DNA of 63,866 bases, the filler included, from Cercozoa sp. M6MM (lineage: Eukaryota > Protista > Endomyxa: Ascetosporea), in the NCBI GenBank assembly GCA_040357565.1. It is 11 parts of 11 records of this genome, joined end to end, with 100 filler letters (N's around TTAATTAATTAA, not from the genome) between each part and the next. Parts side by side here need not be neighbours in the genome. Positions count along the whole stretch, not along the records: positions 22,013 to 29,407 come from JBDODJ010000629.1; positions 29,508 to 33,498 come from JBDODJ010001248.1; positions 33,599 to 37,610 come from JBDODJ010001242.1; positions 37,711 to 54,933 come from JBDODJ010000267.1; 7 more parts are not named here. One strand, written 5' to 3'. The notes beneath the pieces are model-generated. The model made no database searches and was not told the DNA's origin. It worked only from the letters and a program-made list of their open reading frames with translations. Made by a program: the position numbers and the translations under genes. Positions 26,601-39,494 of this stretch are shown here, in pieces; the first letter of the stretch is position 1; every line of letters begins with the position of its first letter.

Positions 26601-28040
26601 AAGGGTATAGCACTGTAGTTAAGAGGGTATAGGCGGTATGAGTATGGGTATAAATAGTATAAGGAGGTATAATTAAGGGGTATAGAAGTATGCTTAAGAG
26701 GGTATGCTTACAAGGGTATGCTTGGGGAACATACATAGATGGCGGCACTGCAACCCTTCTTCCGCGCGCATGCGCACATCGACTCCAAGCGACGCGAACC
26801 CTGGCTACACGGCGAGCCTTGGACTTCCTACATTCGGTACACACACTGGGAGTGGGGGAGGGGTAAGATGGGAAGTAACTATGCACAGTCGAGCGATCGA
26901 GCGGCGCTACCAGCTGCTGCCGACGGTGTACACGGCCTTTGTGGAGGCACACCGTACCGGCGCACCCGTGATGCGACCGCTGTGGTACGAGTTCCCCGGT
27001 CTCGCCGACGCCTACCGATCCGACCAGGTAGCCTGTCTGGGGGTACAGGGGGGTACACATGCCGGGTCGCCGGTCCGTTCCGAGCGGTACAGGGGGGGGG
27101 GGGTAAAACTCTGACACTGCCGTAGGCCGAGCAGAGTTTCTTCCTGGGCGACTCGGTGCTGATGCGGCCGGTGACAATGGCCGGTCAGACGGAGGTGTCC
27201 ATGTGGCTACCGGGAGAAACGCAAGATGACCACTGGGCCGTGTTCGACTCGATCGTCGAGTTGGTCGAGGGCACTGCTGACCCGGCAGACCGCATGCCAG
27301 TGACGGTACCGGCGGGTCAGGTGGTCACTCTGCCTGTCTCCCTGACCCACGCGGCCGTACTGCTACGACCCGGCACCGTCACTGCTCTCAAAATGCGGTG
27401 CCTTCTGCCTCTGGGTTTGGGGGGTAAATGGGGGGCAAAATGGGGGGCAAAATGAGGGGTACACGTAGGAGACGACGCTCGTCAGGCGCGCAGAAACACG
27501 ATCCGCTGTCCCTCGTGGTTGTGCTGAATCACGAGGCACGTGCCTCGGGTCGCCTCACTGTGGATGACGGTAGTTTAACCCCCCCCCCCCCTATTTTTGC
27601 TCCCTGTTTACCCCTTACCCCCAGGCGAAACGGACGCGTTTGAGCAGCAAGAATACGCCGACTTTGACATTGACTTGGCCGAGGACACTCTGCGCGTGCG
27701 GCGGCGTCCGCGCGGAAGTTTCGTGCCACTAAACGCTTCCATCGAACGCATCGTGCTCGTCAACGCTCCTTTCACGGTGCGTTGACTCGAGGGGGGTCGG
27801 TGTAAGGGGGGTAAAGAGGGAGGTAAAGAGACGTTCTGGTAGGGCGGCACGCATCAAGGCAGGCGCGTGAGTGCGAGCAGAGTGGATGCACGTGTGCTGG
27901 TGCTGCACCGCGCGGGCCGTCTGCCGGCGTCGGCGGAGGACACGAGTGCCACGTGGCACTTGGACACAAGCGACGCTGCCTCGGGAGTAAGCGAGCGAGA
28001 CAGAGACGACAGCGATGACGTCATTAAGCGTGAGTTGTAG
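23652..28040 (+). CDS. GANAB: ER glucosidase II alpha subunit (GH31), complete
   Basis: Signal peptide [14 protein letters not shown]; [66 protein letters not shown]. Confidence 0.96.
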
Positions 28041-29226
28041 TCTTCTTTTTGCTCTCTGTGCCTTGTGGTGCTTGTGGGGACTGCACACTACTATCACTAA
28101 GCGGTTTCAACCACACTTAAGCAGCCGTGGAGACCGATGCAAGAACTAACGACCAGACTGACGCAAAGACAAAGACTGACAAAGCGGAGGAGACTGAGGA
28201 GCAAGCGCAGTTGTCGCCGGTGTTGCAAGTCGTCGCACTTCTCGTCGTGGCCGTCGCTGTGCTGCTGCTGCGCCGGCGTAGACGTGCGGCGTTGCCCTCC
28301 TGGCAGGCGCCTCGGGCGAGTGCCATTCTGCCTCGTCGCCGACGACGTTTGCATGAGGAGGTACGGACCGTCCCTGCTGCTTTCTCTTTCCACAGATTTG
28401 GCATTTTCTGCAGTCCGAGTACATGCCTGTTGCCGGGGCGCCAGACGATCTGTTGTGAACAGAGACTACGACTGGTGGGAGAGCAAGTTACCATAGTCAG
28501 GAATAGTTGAGATGAGTTGATGGTGACGAACAACTAAGAAAACCGAACTCAAACGTCGTCGCAGTGCGTACTCGGGGACTGTATCGATAGTATCATCGTG
28601 ATGCCTTGTTTGATCAAACCTCACTGGGTCCAAAAAGCGCAAACAGACGGTGAGCCTGATAGTATGGTAGTGTTCGATCGCGAGTCACGTGAGTCATCCA
28701 TATCGCACACACCAACGTGTGCCTGCGGCGGTAACGTGCAGCTCGATGCGCTCAACGGTCCAGGAAAGAGCGAGTCGACTCAGCGAGCCAAAACAGAACA
28801 CACCCGCCACCCGACCCAGGGCATTCGTTGTTCCACACCGTGTGTCAGTGAGTGGTGTGGTGTCACGACTACCTACTTGTTTTCTCGGTCTGGGTGCATT
28901 CCCGGCCTCTCGTCGCGTGTGTGTCAGCGCCAAGGCTGTGTGTGAGTCGTTTCTTGTCCCTTCTGACCGATAATACCGCGACTCACACTTGTGTGGTGAG
29001 CAAGCACGTGTGTGAGCATGTTAGAGTCAGCAAAGTTGGCGTCGCTTTTTGCTGTGATCGGCGTTGTTGTTTTTGTTTTTTTTTTTTTTGTGTTTTGCTT
29101 TATTTGTCTCTCTCCGCGTGTATGTTGCGTGCTTTTTTTCCTCATTTTTTCGCAGTCCGGAGGTATCAGGGAGTACTCAGTACCCAGGAATTTTCTCTCT
29201 GCAGAACAAAGAAAAACCCAAAGCTT

Positions 29227-29386
29227 ATGGAGACAGCACAATCCAAGGAAGAAGAGCTGCAGCGGACACGGCAAGATCCGTAAGTTTTTGCTTTTGCGTT
29301 TCTTTGGGTCGCTTTTTTCGATGTTTGCGCGTTTCTTCAGTGCCGGCGCGCCTCCGATTTCGGCCACTGTTGCGGACCAGTCTTCA
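29227..29386 (+). CDS. 5' fragment of unknown gene
   Basis: METAQSKEEELQRTRQD followed by a GTAAGT donor and a second short exon. Confidence 0.45.
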
Positions 29387-29507
29387 GTATTCTTACCCCC
29401 CCCCCCCNNNNNNNNNNNNNNNNNNNNNNNNNNNNNNNNNNNNNNNNNNNNTTAATTAATTAANNNNNNNNNNNNNNNNNNNNNNNNNNNNNNNNNNNNN
29501 NNNNNNN

Positions 29508-29604
<97 letters not shown>

Positions 29605-29641
29605 AACTGAGTATCTCTCTAAGCGTGGCCTGTAAGCACAG

Positions 29642-29956
29642 GCCTCCAAGTACGACAAGCATTCCTCGAAGCACGACTCGCGTCACGATGCCGGCTACCA
29701 CCGCAGCGACCGCCGACACGGCCACCGTGACCACCACTCGGACCGCCGTCGTCACGGCCACGGCGATAGCTACGAGCGTCGTCACGGCCACGGCGACCGC
29801 TACGAGCGTCGTCACGGCGACGACCATGCTTCGGACCGTCGTCGCCGCCGTCGTCACGGTGGCGATCACGGCCACAAGCGCCGTCGCGACGAGCACTACG
29901 GCCGCCGCCGTGCTGACAGCTACCATCGTGACCACAGCTACGACCGTGACTACTAA
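29642..29956 (+). CDS. Last exon encoding a His/Arg/Asp/Gly-rich low-complexity tail
   Basis: After CAG, 105 codons ASKYDKH...RRHGHGDSYERRHGHGDRYE...HSYDRDY*; GC3-rich codons; frame absent from the ORF track. Confidence 0.75.
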   Translation, partial: ASKYDKHSSKHDSRHDAGYHRSDRRHGHRDHHSDRRRHGHGDSYERRHGHGDRYERRHGDDHASDRRRRRRHGGDHGHKRRRDEHYGRRRADSYHRDHSYDRDY

Positions 29957-30474
29957 ACTGTCGCACACCGGCTTGACCTCTCAACGTCCTGATCTCTATC
30001 TACTTCGCCTCCGCGCACGCGGGTTTCATGCATCATTTTGCTGTTCTAAATTGAATTAATTCGTGCAATGCACGAATCGGCGCGGGTTTCATGCATTAAT
30101 CTGGCGTCGGGTCGTGGTTATGAAGTTGGTTTCGGTCGGTTGCCACTTGCTACTGCTGACTTAGACGCAACTTCGGCGCCGATGCAGTTGTTTTCGCTGA
30201 CGATTTCGATGTACATAACTTTGTAGTCACAACGTTCGCCGGCTGCGGAGTGCGGCTGATGCATTTGTCCGATACAAGCTGCTACTGAATGTCGATTGCT
30301 TTCACGATTCTATTGATTTTTCTTACAGCGCAGAAAGTAGGAAGGCTTTTGCTGAGAGTAGCACGGTCCACCGCAGTCATCGGCGTCGTTGCAGTTGAGA
30401 AAATCGAGTCAGGCTTGCTGCCAGTCCTGCCAATGGAGTACAGACACGCACGCATGTTCGAAATGCGAAACGGC

Positions 30475-30755
30475 GTTCGGTAACCACCACGCTCGTATTA
30501 ATTCTGTTGGTTTTCCTTCTGTTATCCCGCTCGATGGTAATCACAACAGCCTAAAACACGCCTTAACTTCATGGTAACTACCACGGTCTAGATTTTAACA
30601 TGTGGTAACTACCACGGTCTAGATTTTAACGAGGCACTATTCCCGCGTGGTAATTAATTACCACGGGGACAGACAAGTTGCGGTTAATAGACACTTGGTA
30701 ATTACCATCATCTCTGCAATGCCCAGATGTAACTTAATCGTGGTAGTTACCATAA
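30475..30755. repeat. Cluster of GGTA-NN-TACC palindromes including a 28-bp tandem duplication
   Basis: TGGTAACTACCACGGTCTAGATTTTAAC x2; perfect CGTGGTAATTAATTACCACG; TGGTAATTACCA; TGGTAGTTACCA. Confidence 0.85.
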
Positions 30756-31533
30756 TGACACGCGTAAATGCTGTGTAGCTGGGTGTAAATTAAATTTTAC
30801 ACCAGATTCCTCGAAGAGACGGGTGGCTACAGGTGATGTGAGAGTGATGTTAGAGGATGGCATCATTTTCGACAGATATCATGATCCTTGAACTTAAAAC
30901 CCTAGTGGACAGCAACCTCACCTCTTCCTCTCGGGGGAGACATACAGGACTGCTCGTTGCACCTCCTCCCTTAGTTTTTTGAGTTAAAGGACTTGCTTAC
31001 TTATTGCACAACTGAAAGTGGCGGTCGACGGCCCAGACAGAAGACTAGAGCTCCAAGTGCAGCTTAGCGAAACACGGCAGCTTAACGAAAGAGAAAAGCC
31101 GGGGAAAGAGCCGGAAAGGGCGCTGATGAAAGTTGCCGCAATGGGGGAGCTCGGCACCGGCGACGATCATGTCGATTTGCACAACGAATCTGAATCTGAT
31201 GCTGCTAGCCGAAGAGCGAAACTTGGATTGTCGCGAAACATCAAAGTCTCACTGATGCTTCCCTTTCGACCAAACCACTTAAACTGACGTTACATCCGCT
31301 GATAGGCCTATGAAACATCAAAGTCTCACTGCCCATTAACTGTGGTTCGCCCACGGTTTCGGGTGCAGCGTCCACGTAGGACACGCTTCGTCGGTGAGGA
31401 CTTGGAGTGCGTGGTGGGCTATTGCGAGCGCATCCTACGAGACTGGCAAATGACGTTCTAAGCAATGCACAGTGCTATAAACACAGCAATGCTGCAGTGA
31501 CAACCATGTGCTCTATACCGGGAGGGGAAAGTC

Positions 31534-31588
31534 GGGGTACAAATGGCGATTCGATTTGGATTTTTCCTCAAAAAACCCCGCCATACCC
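31534..31588 (-). repeat. Dispersed intergenic repeat, copy A
   Basis: About 43/55 identical to 56793-56845 by hand alignment. Confidence 0.75.
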
Positions 31589-31940
31589 GAAGGTCGATGC
31601 GATGCGGATGGGAATTGCCAGTGTGGCAATAACCAAAGCAGTTTTAGAGATAACGTCGTGTCGTCCGGGGGAAAGATGAAGCTCGTGGTAGTGATAGTTA
31701 CCATGCTCTAGTTAATGCTACAACGTAGCTCCAAGTTCGGTCGTATTTACCAAAACAAACCCGGGTGCTCGCGCCAAACCGCGCCGACCATGATTCATTT
31801 TCTACTACAGTTAGTAATTGAAACGATTCAACTCTACTGACGTAGCGCGAAACCGTCGGTGGCGCTAGCTATGGTATCATGCCGCGTTCAAGTTGCGATA
31901 TCGTCGTATGCGCGCAGTCGCGCAATGAGCAGGAAACAGT

Positions 31941-33477
31941 TTATTCGAATGCCTTGACGAAAGCTACAGGAACGAACGCATGGTCAAATTCATCTCGCGT
32001 CAGGAAAAGTATCGCATGAGAATATCGCGTACCTTCGGGTTCATCACCACCCTCGACAATACGAGTGATTGGCGTGTAGTCGGGGCGGCCAGTCTAGCAT
32101 TACGTGCAAACAACAGAATCGATGGCCAAGGTGGAACAACAAGTGCACAGTGGGCAAGGTACCTCCTTCAGGAAGCCAGCAGCCACCTGCACGGCGTTGC
32201 TCTTCTCGGCCTTGGAGCTGCCCTCGCCGACAAATACGAAGATCTGCACGCCCAAGTCGAGCAGGAACACGTCGGTGGAGTTGAGCAGGTCGCGCGACAC
32301 GCTCGACAGACGCGTGCACACGAGCTCGCCGCTCTCGTCCGACAGCTGGTACAGCACGGGCTCCTGCGCCGTCACGGCGCTGTCGGCACCACCAGCCGAA
32401 GCGGGCGGCACCTCGCTCTTGCCGCCAAGCTCGGCCCAGAAAGCCGCGTTGTCATCTGTGTATTCACACACCACATACATGCAACCAACAACCAAAAGTA
32501 CGACCTGCTACCATCAGAGCCATCCACAATCTGGATGGTCGGCTTGCCCATGCGCTGCTCCTTCAGTTCGTTGGCGATGGCGTTGCCCTTGCGGCGCTCC
32601 CAGGCACCTGATTCGTCGCCAAAGAAGACGAAGATCTCGAGACCGGCATCAAGGAGGAAGGCATCACCGCGGTTCATAGAGGAGACGGCCTTCTCCACCT
32701 GGGTCACGCGAACGTTCTTGCCTGTTTAAAAGGAGACTTCCCGCACACTCCTAGGAGCACATTGACCAGGTTTGAGGTACCGGTGCCCTTGATGTGCAGG
32801 AGGCGTGGCACGTACTCCTCCGGCTTCACCACGTTGAAGGCCGAGTCAATGCCGCCCGAGCTGCCAAATGATACAGTCAGAAAATGACCGACACTCAACT
32901 GTATAGAGGAAACAAGTGGTTGTGGTACAGCAGCTGGATCTGACCGTCAAAAACGGCGAGGAAGTCTTCGAAAATCCAATCAACGAATAAAAACGAAATA
33001 CGGGACAAAAGGAGAATGAACCGTTGGACTCGTAGCCCTGCACCTCACGGTACTGCACCGGAGCGCAGCCAAGAAGGTCGTCAAGTTCGACCGTTTTGTA
33101 AGCTACGCGTGCATCACCAGGGTGTACTGCATTGCAAAGACCACTCGAGTTTCGGCTTGAGAACTACCAGCCACCGTGGACTCGTCTTGCGAGCATCCAG
33201 AGCCAATCCAGAAAAAGACGTTGAAGTGCTTCTTGTCGCTATCACCCTTCGTGTAGGTCTTAAGAACAATGTAACAGTCGCCGTCGTAAAAGGTCGCAGA
33301 GGTCTCCTCTGCACAGTGAGTGGGAAGTGAAGAAGGTTAAAGCTAACTCTGAACAGAGGAACTGTGCCGAATAATACCGCGCTTGACGCCAAAGTTGGCA
33401 ACGCGCCACTTTTCAACGCCAACAATCGAGCCGGCGCCAGAGAACTCCTGTTCCGACTCGGCAGCGTTCTTGCGCAC
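31941..33477 (-). CDS. Severin/fragmin-type gelsolin-family protein, 5' partial
   Basis: FYDGDCYIVL, FWIG, AAYKTVELDD, QYREVQGYES, PRLLHIKG, MNRGDAFLLD, DVFLLD, PITRIVEGG..EAFVKAFE*. Confidence 0.95.
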
Positions 33478-33598
33478 CTGTACACACACACACACACANN
33501 NNNNNNNNNNNNNNNNNNNNNNNNNNNNNNNNNNNNNNNNNNTTAATTAATTAANNNNNNNNNNNNNNNNNNNNNNNNNNNNNNNNNNNNNNNNNNNN

Positions 33599-33748
<150 letters not shown>

Positions 33749-33753
33749 TGACA

Positions 33754-36700
33754 GGCTGTGAACAAAGCGCATGGCCGGCCAGAGAATCAGGAGTTCGACT
33801 GTCACTTCGAGTTCTTCAACGATCAATGCAGCTTCTCTCTCGACTTTTCGAGCGAGTTCGGTACAGCAGGTTCCTCTTGTTGTGTGCCATTCCTTCGTGT
33901 ACCTTTATTTCCCATGTGTTTGTGAAGACTACGTTCAAGCTTCCGTCAGCTTCAGCATGCGCTTTGGTAAGAAAAAACGGAACTAGTTGCATAACATTCC
34001 AATGTACTCATATGTATCAGCACGCAACTTTAACGAAACTCACGAGAGTTCTTCCGCCTACCTCAACGACTACATTGCAGCTGCCTTGCCGCACAGTACA
34101 ACTTCCACTCTGCCTTCAGTTCAGCAGTTATGATTGTCGGTGTTGATGTGTGAAGAACCAAACTACGACCTTGTGGCGACTGGAGACCGCGAACTCGAGT
34201 TGCGTGTCCACCAGCAACCCGACGATCGTCAGCGAGACAGTATGCGCATCGAAGTATCAAACCAACTGTTTCAATTTTACTGTATACGAATCATAGAGAG
34301 TGAAACGTTTGCTTTGTGAAACAGATTAGTTATTACAATGCGGACCTGCCGTCGGACCAACGTGCAGTTTCGAGCCAATCCATCCACGTACTCTAATCAA
34401 GTTTCCACTGTTCAAAACTAAACTTTGCTTGTCTGAAGGTCAATGCGTTGGATGCCATGCTGAGCAAGAACCAAGGAGACGAGTATGTGCATGTCGAGAC
34501 GATCGAAGGTCTGGACTACCCGGCCAACATCGTATTTGAAGTCACCAACGTCGACACGCGAGAACAACGCAGTTCTGTAACGTCCAAGAGCACGCACGTC
34601 AAGTCACGTCCGCCTGTGTTCGTGTTCGTGCTGGGTGTCTTCGAACCAGACACACGCGGTACCGAAAAATGATTGTGATTGTTTAGTTTCTTTCTTAAAC
34701 TGCGTGAAAATTGCCAAGTTCAGGCATTCACAAGTTTGTTCTGAGTTGGAGCGACCAACTGCGAACTGAAGAAGATGCCGCAGCGACAGAAATGAAACTT
34801 CAGTCGAAACGCATCATCGATTCCTCTTCTCAGTCTGGCACAACAATGACAGAAGACTTGCCGCGTTTCAATCCGTAAAATTGTTTCTTCATTTCTCTCA
34901 TTCTTCCATTTTGTGAATTTGAGAGTATATTTAGACTTATCAACGCCACGGAAGTTTATCCATCAGAGACGACTCATCTCGAGCTTGGCTATGAGTAGTG
35001 TTTTCTGTTCAAGCAGAAGACAGCATTCCAGTCAGTACAACTTTTTCTTGCAGATACCAACTGACACTGGTTGCAACGAACAACTACGGCACTCGGAGCG
35101 CTACAAACACTGAAGTGGTAGAGCAACACTTTTTTCTCGATCTCCAAGTGCTGAAACTCCATATTCGACCGTCGTCTGTATTTATAGATAAAACTTGGAT
35201 ACGACCCGTTGACGGTGCAAAACTTGACTTTCGTTATCGAAGACATTGGAAGTAACACGCATGCGAACGTTTTGATCACTTGGGAGGCGCCGGCAGACAC
35301 TGGTACCGTACAAAGCTTTGACTTTTTCGGCACTGGAGAAACCAACTGAAATAAAATAGGGGCTGGAGTGCGTCCGATCGATCACTACGTCGTCACCATC
35401 GGCAAGAACAACGAAACCAAGTGGCACATGCAAGTGCAGGATTACTACGAAATCGAGAATGTCGAATATGACACGAACTTTACCGTTTCGGTATCCACAG
35501 GCGCTTTCCTTTCAGTTTTTGACTGGTGTCTTGATGCTATAGGTGAGTGCGGTGAATGCACTCGAGATGCAATCGGAACCTGCAGAAATCTATGTGCACA
35601 CCACCAAACCTCAAGAAAGACTGAGTGCGCCAGTTTTCAACTCACCGGCGATCGTTGTCTCCAGTGCGAACACTGTCGATGTGAGGTACAGTAAATCGAT
35701 TATCTTGACTCGGCTTGCTCGTCGAGTTTTGTTGTGCTGGCAACAGTTGGAGGCACGCAACACCGGCGCAAGCCTACATCGTCGAAGTTATCTACAACGA
35801 CACTGCAATCGACAAGCAGTCGCACTACCACAAAGTTAGCTCTGGTAAATTTACTGGAAGCTAGTTTCATCAAAGCTACGGCAGCCTCTCCGTTTTGGTC
35901 CTCATGTTCTGTGCATGACAGACACTTTGTCTGGCGTGTCGCTACAATACACATTCACCGATCTGACTGAAGGCTTAGTGCAAGTGGCTATTGCTGCTGT
36001 TCGCTTCAACGTTGAAGGCAACTGGACACTCTCTGAGCAGTTCTACTGTACAGTACTCTTTCTGGATGTATGTACTTCTTTTTTTATGATTAAACTTAGT
36101 TTCGTTTTCATCTCCTGTAGGCATGGGCAAACCGCAATTGCCCTTCCAACTCTCGGCGATATTGTTGCCTTTCAATAGTACACTTATTCATTCCTATTGC
36201 TCACGGGTACAATCACCTTGACAGGTGTCTTTGGGTCCGTGTTGATCGAGATGTCGTGGAACTACAAGTAGCTTTAATTTTCAGATGTACTCTCGTACAA
36301 GCGAAATCTGATTGCTTCTTTGTGCTCGAAAGGCAAATGGATTGGCCACAGGTGACACAGCTCGCTTTAAAGCGTACGGAACCAAAGAGTGGTGCTGAGG
36401 AGCAGCTTGCCACCTATGTAACTTTACCCTACCCTTGAAACTTGAAAGGTTTATGGAACACTGATGTGTGAATAGACGCTTCAAAACAAGGTGTCCCACT
36501 CTGTGTCGGGCATGTACGATACTGCTTTTCACTACTACGTGCGTGCAAGGTAACGAACATTCGCGAACTATACCGTGCACGTACTGAAACGAGTCACTGT
36601 ATCAATAATCATACAGATTGCAAAATCCCGTGAGTTCCTCCGCCTGGACGGATTGGGTCCGTGCTTCTGATCAGCTGGTCACTTTTGCTCCAACTGAAGT

Positions 36701-37506
36701 AAGTTTCACTTGCAAACGTAGAGCTCACTGCCTTGCTTAGGTCGCGAAACAAACGGCTGAGCCAGTGAAACACAATCCTCTGCCTGCTTACGTCATTGTG
36801 GTACAGGTTTTGTATTCCCAGTTCAAGTTAATTCCGACAAAAGTGATTTCTTAAACCTATAGCAGTTCGTATTCGTTCCGCTGTTACTGTTGGGACTTGG
36901 CGTTGCTTTCTACCGTCGCTACAGGACCTTGCAATTGACGTAACTGCGTGTTGTAAATTTTAAGGAAAGCCGTACTTTTTTGAGCGAGCTTCAGTTGTTT
37001 TCTGCAGCGACACGGACAAAGTGACTCAGGCCACGGAGCGTGCCATGGAAGGCGCCGGTGACGTGTCTGTTTCGTTGGAAAACGAGGTGCTTGAAGCCGT
37101 CGTTTTCGAAGAAGACTACGAGCTCGAGTTGTAGGTTCGCACTGTTGCGTCGGCTTTAATCCTACTTTGCTTGTTAAATTAACGTAAATACAATTCGTTT
37201 TACTTCGTAAACACATTTAGTACAGCAATGTAAAAGCTCGCTTGGCGCTGACGGTGGATATAACGACGAATATGGTACTTCATTTCCTGATTCAGACCAG
37301 CTTTTCTGATTGCTTCTTCTGGCAATTTATGGTCAGGCGACTGTCGGAACGATAATTAAGCGCACGAGGATTGTCGCTTTCGCGCGGACTGCCGGAAAAC
37401 TCACTCAGGTATCCAGACAGTACAATATATACTGTAAGTTTACTTGAACAGACGCTGTACACAGAGTGAGATAATTCAAAGAAGAGCGATTGCAATTGCA
37501 AAAGCC
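33754..37506 (+). CDS. Type I membrane protein with several fibronectin type III domains, partial at both ends
   Basis: ITWEAP...IDHYVV...DTNFTVSVSAVN..SEP; SW...YIVEV...FTDL..IAAV; TM FVFVPLLLLGLGVAFY followed by RRYR. Confidence 0.75.
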
Positions 37507-37710
37507 GGTACTACAGAGGCTGTCCGCTGGTTAGTGCAGCGTTTCTTCAGGGGGGGGGGGGCCTACAGTCAAGAGACGTGATGTACGTTCAGTTCGAGGG
37601 GCGGAAGCAGNNNNNNNNNNNNNNNNNNNNNNNNNNNNNNNNNNNNNNNNNNNNTTAATTAATTAANNNNNNNNNNNNNNNNNNNNNNNNNNNNNNNNNN
37701 NNNNNNNNNN

Positions 37711-37829
<119 letters not shown>

Positions 37830-37865
37830 ATATGTACATTATGCAGGTATAGAGATGCACAATAC

Positions 37866-39179
37866 CAGACGTGCGAGTGAGCCCAGCACGGTGGAAACCA
37901 CGCCACGCGAGTGGTTTAGTTTGCGGCACTTTCGCGGCTGCCACCTGTGCAGCCACCAGCAAGCACTCCGCGAGAACACACATGTGCGTGAAAGAGGCGA
38001 GTACAATGCACGCGGCAGCACGGCACTCGCGAGTTGCTGAGCACACGAGCGACGTCTTCGCGTGCCTGCTGACACTCGCTGCACACACGCAGTTACATGT
38101 AGAGAGACAGCGAACACACAGACACAGACACAGACACAGACACACAGACACAGTCACAGCCAACCTCATCAGCATCGGTGTCGCCCAGCACGGCGTAGTC
38201 GGGATCGCGCGCGTACACAATCTCGTACAGACAGCCATCGCGTCCAGTACATAGGATGCGACCCTCGCCTGTACCGACACACACCTCAAGTATACCCCCC
38301 GTAAACTAGGAGTCCACAATTTAGAAGCAAGGCTACGGGTTGTAATGATCCGTGTCATCTGCACGTTGTCCGTCGAGACTGCAACAAGATACTTGAGTGT
38401 ACGAGGATACTGATTGAAGCAGGATATACCACTGTAGTTGGTCTTGCGAACGCGGATGGCACCGTCAGCACCGGCGTCCTCGTCCTCGTACTCCACCGTG
38501 AAGAGCACGACCTCGACCGGCGTGGCCACCACGAGCAGGTGCGCCACGTGCCGGCCGAACACGCCGTGCCGCGGCTTGGCGAGAGCGACGGCGACGATGA
38601 TTTGACCGAGTGCATCCACCGGCACCAACTCACCTGCAGAACACATCAGTGGGACTCACCGCTACCACACAAAGCGGCAGAGTCCTACCAGTCTGCCAGT
38701 GCCACAACACGAGTTTATTGTCAAACGCGACGAAAGCACGGCGCAGCGGCGGCAGCAGACCCGCGAACGTCTTGCACACCACCTCGCCGTAACTGCGACA
38801 CCAAATTTTCGCGTATTTCACACACAACTTTCGCAAGGACTGTGCATTACCGCTCGAGAACAGGCGCCGGCACTGGCACAAAGCGCGACTGCATCAGGAA
38901 GTTCCAGTCAAAGTGGTAGGCGCCATTTCCTAGTTCCAACGAGCAAAATTCGCCTTCCTTTAAAAAGCGCATGTGCTTAAACGCTCGCATGTACCACGCG
39001 AAGGCAGACCAGCGAGTACATCGCGCAGTCTTTCGTCCTTCGCCAAAGCTTCCTAATAGCACAATCACGCACGGATAACCACAAACTCACTGTGCACTCA
39101 AGCAATATCAGAGACGTACTTCCACAAGACTGCGCGCTTCCTCGCGTGCTACGCCGCCTTCTTTACTCTGTTGCGACAT
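37866..39179 (-). CDS. NUP155: Nucleoporin Nup155/Nup170 N-terminal propeller, 3' partial
   Basis: GLLPPLRRAFVAFDNKLVLW, VALAKPRHGVF...LLVVATPVEV, STDNV, GRILCTGRDGCLYEIVY. Confidence 0.92.
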
Positions 39180-39494
39180 GCGACACACCTTCCGCGCGGA
39201 TACACGAGATGCCAGTGAGGCAAATTAATATTCGGTGCAGAAAGCAATGGTGCTGTTTGGGGGAAGTCTCCCCGTCGGCCGCGCTATGTGTTGTCTGAGT
39301 CTTGCAGCTCAGCGTACCACACGCGCAGTCACCTGTGTGCTAGCAGGGTGGCGCTATTCTAGGTTTTGGTTAACGCTGCGCTTTCGGTCCAAAACGGGAC
39401 GATCGGTCGGAGCGACGGCCTAGGGGATGATTTGTACCAAAAAAAAAAACAACCTCACACACTCTCTTTGTGTTTTCACTCTCCATCACTCGCA

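Noticed and set aside
28097-29020. Possible gene between GANAB and the 29227 start
   Set aside because: Some splice-like signals on the minus strand but no consistent model; the + strand TM-like ORF may be a shadow
29550-30059. Thr/Ala/Val-rich mucin-like or hydrophobic ORFs
   Set aside because: Alternative frames of the His/Arg/Asp exon
30572-30630. CRISPR-like direct repeats
   Set aside because: Only two adjacent copies, no spacers, eukaryotic context
31517-31545. GGGGAAAGTC resembling the RNase P/MRP CR-I motif
   Set aside because: No complementary P4 3' strand found downstream
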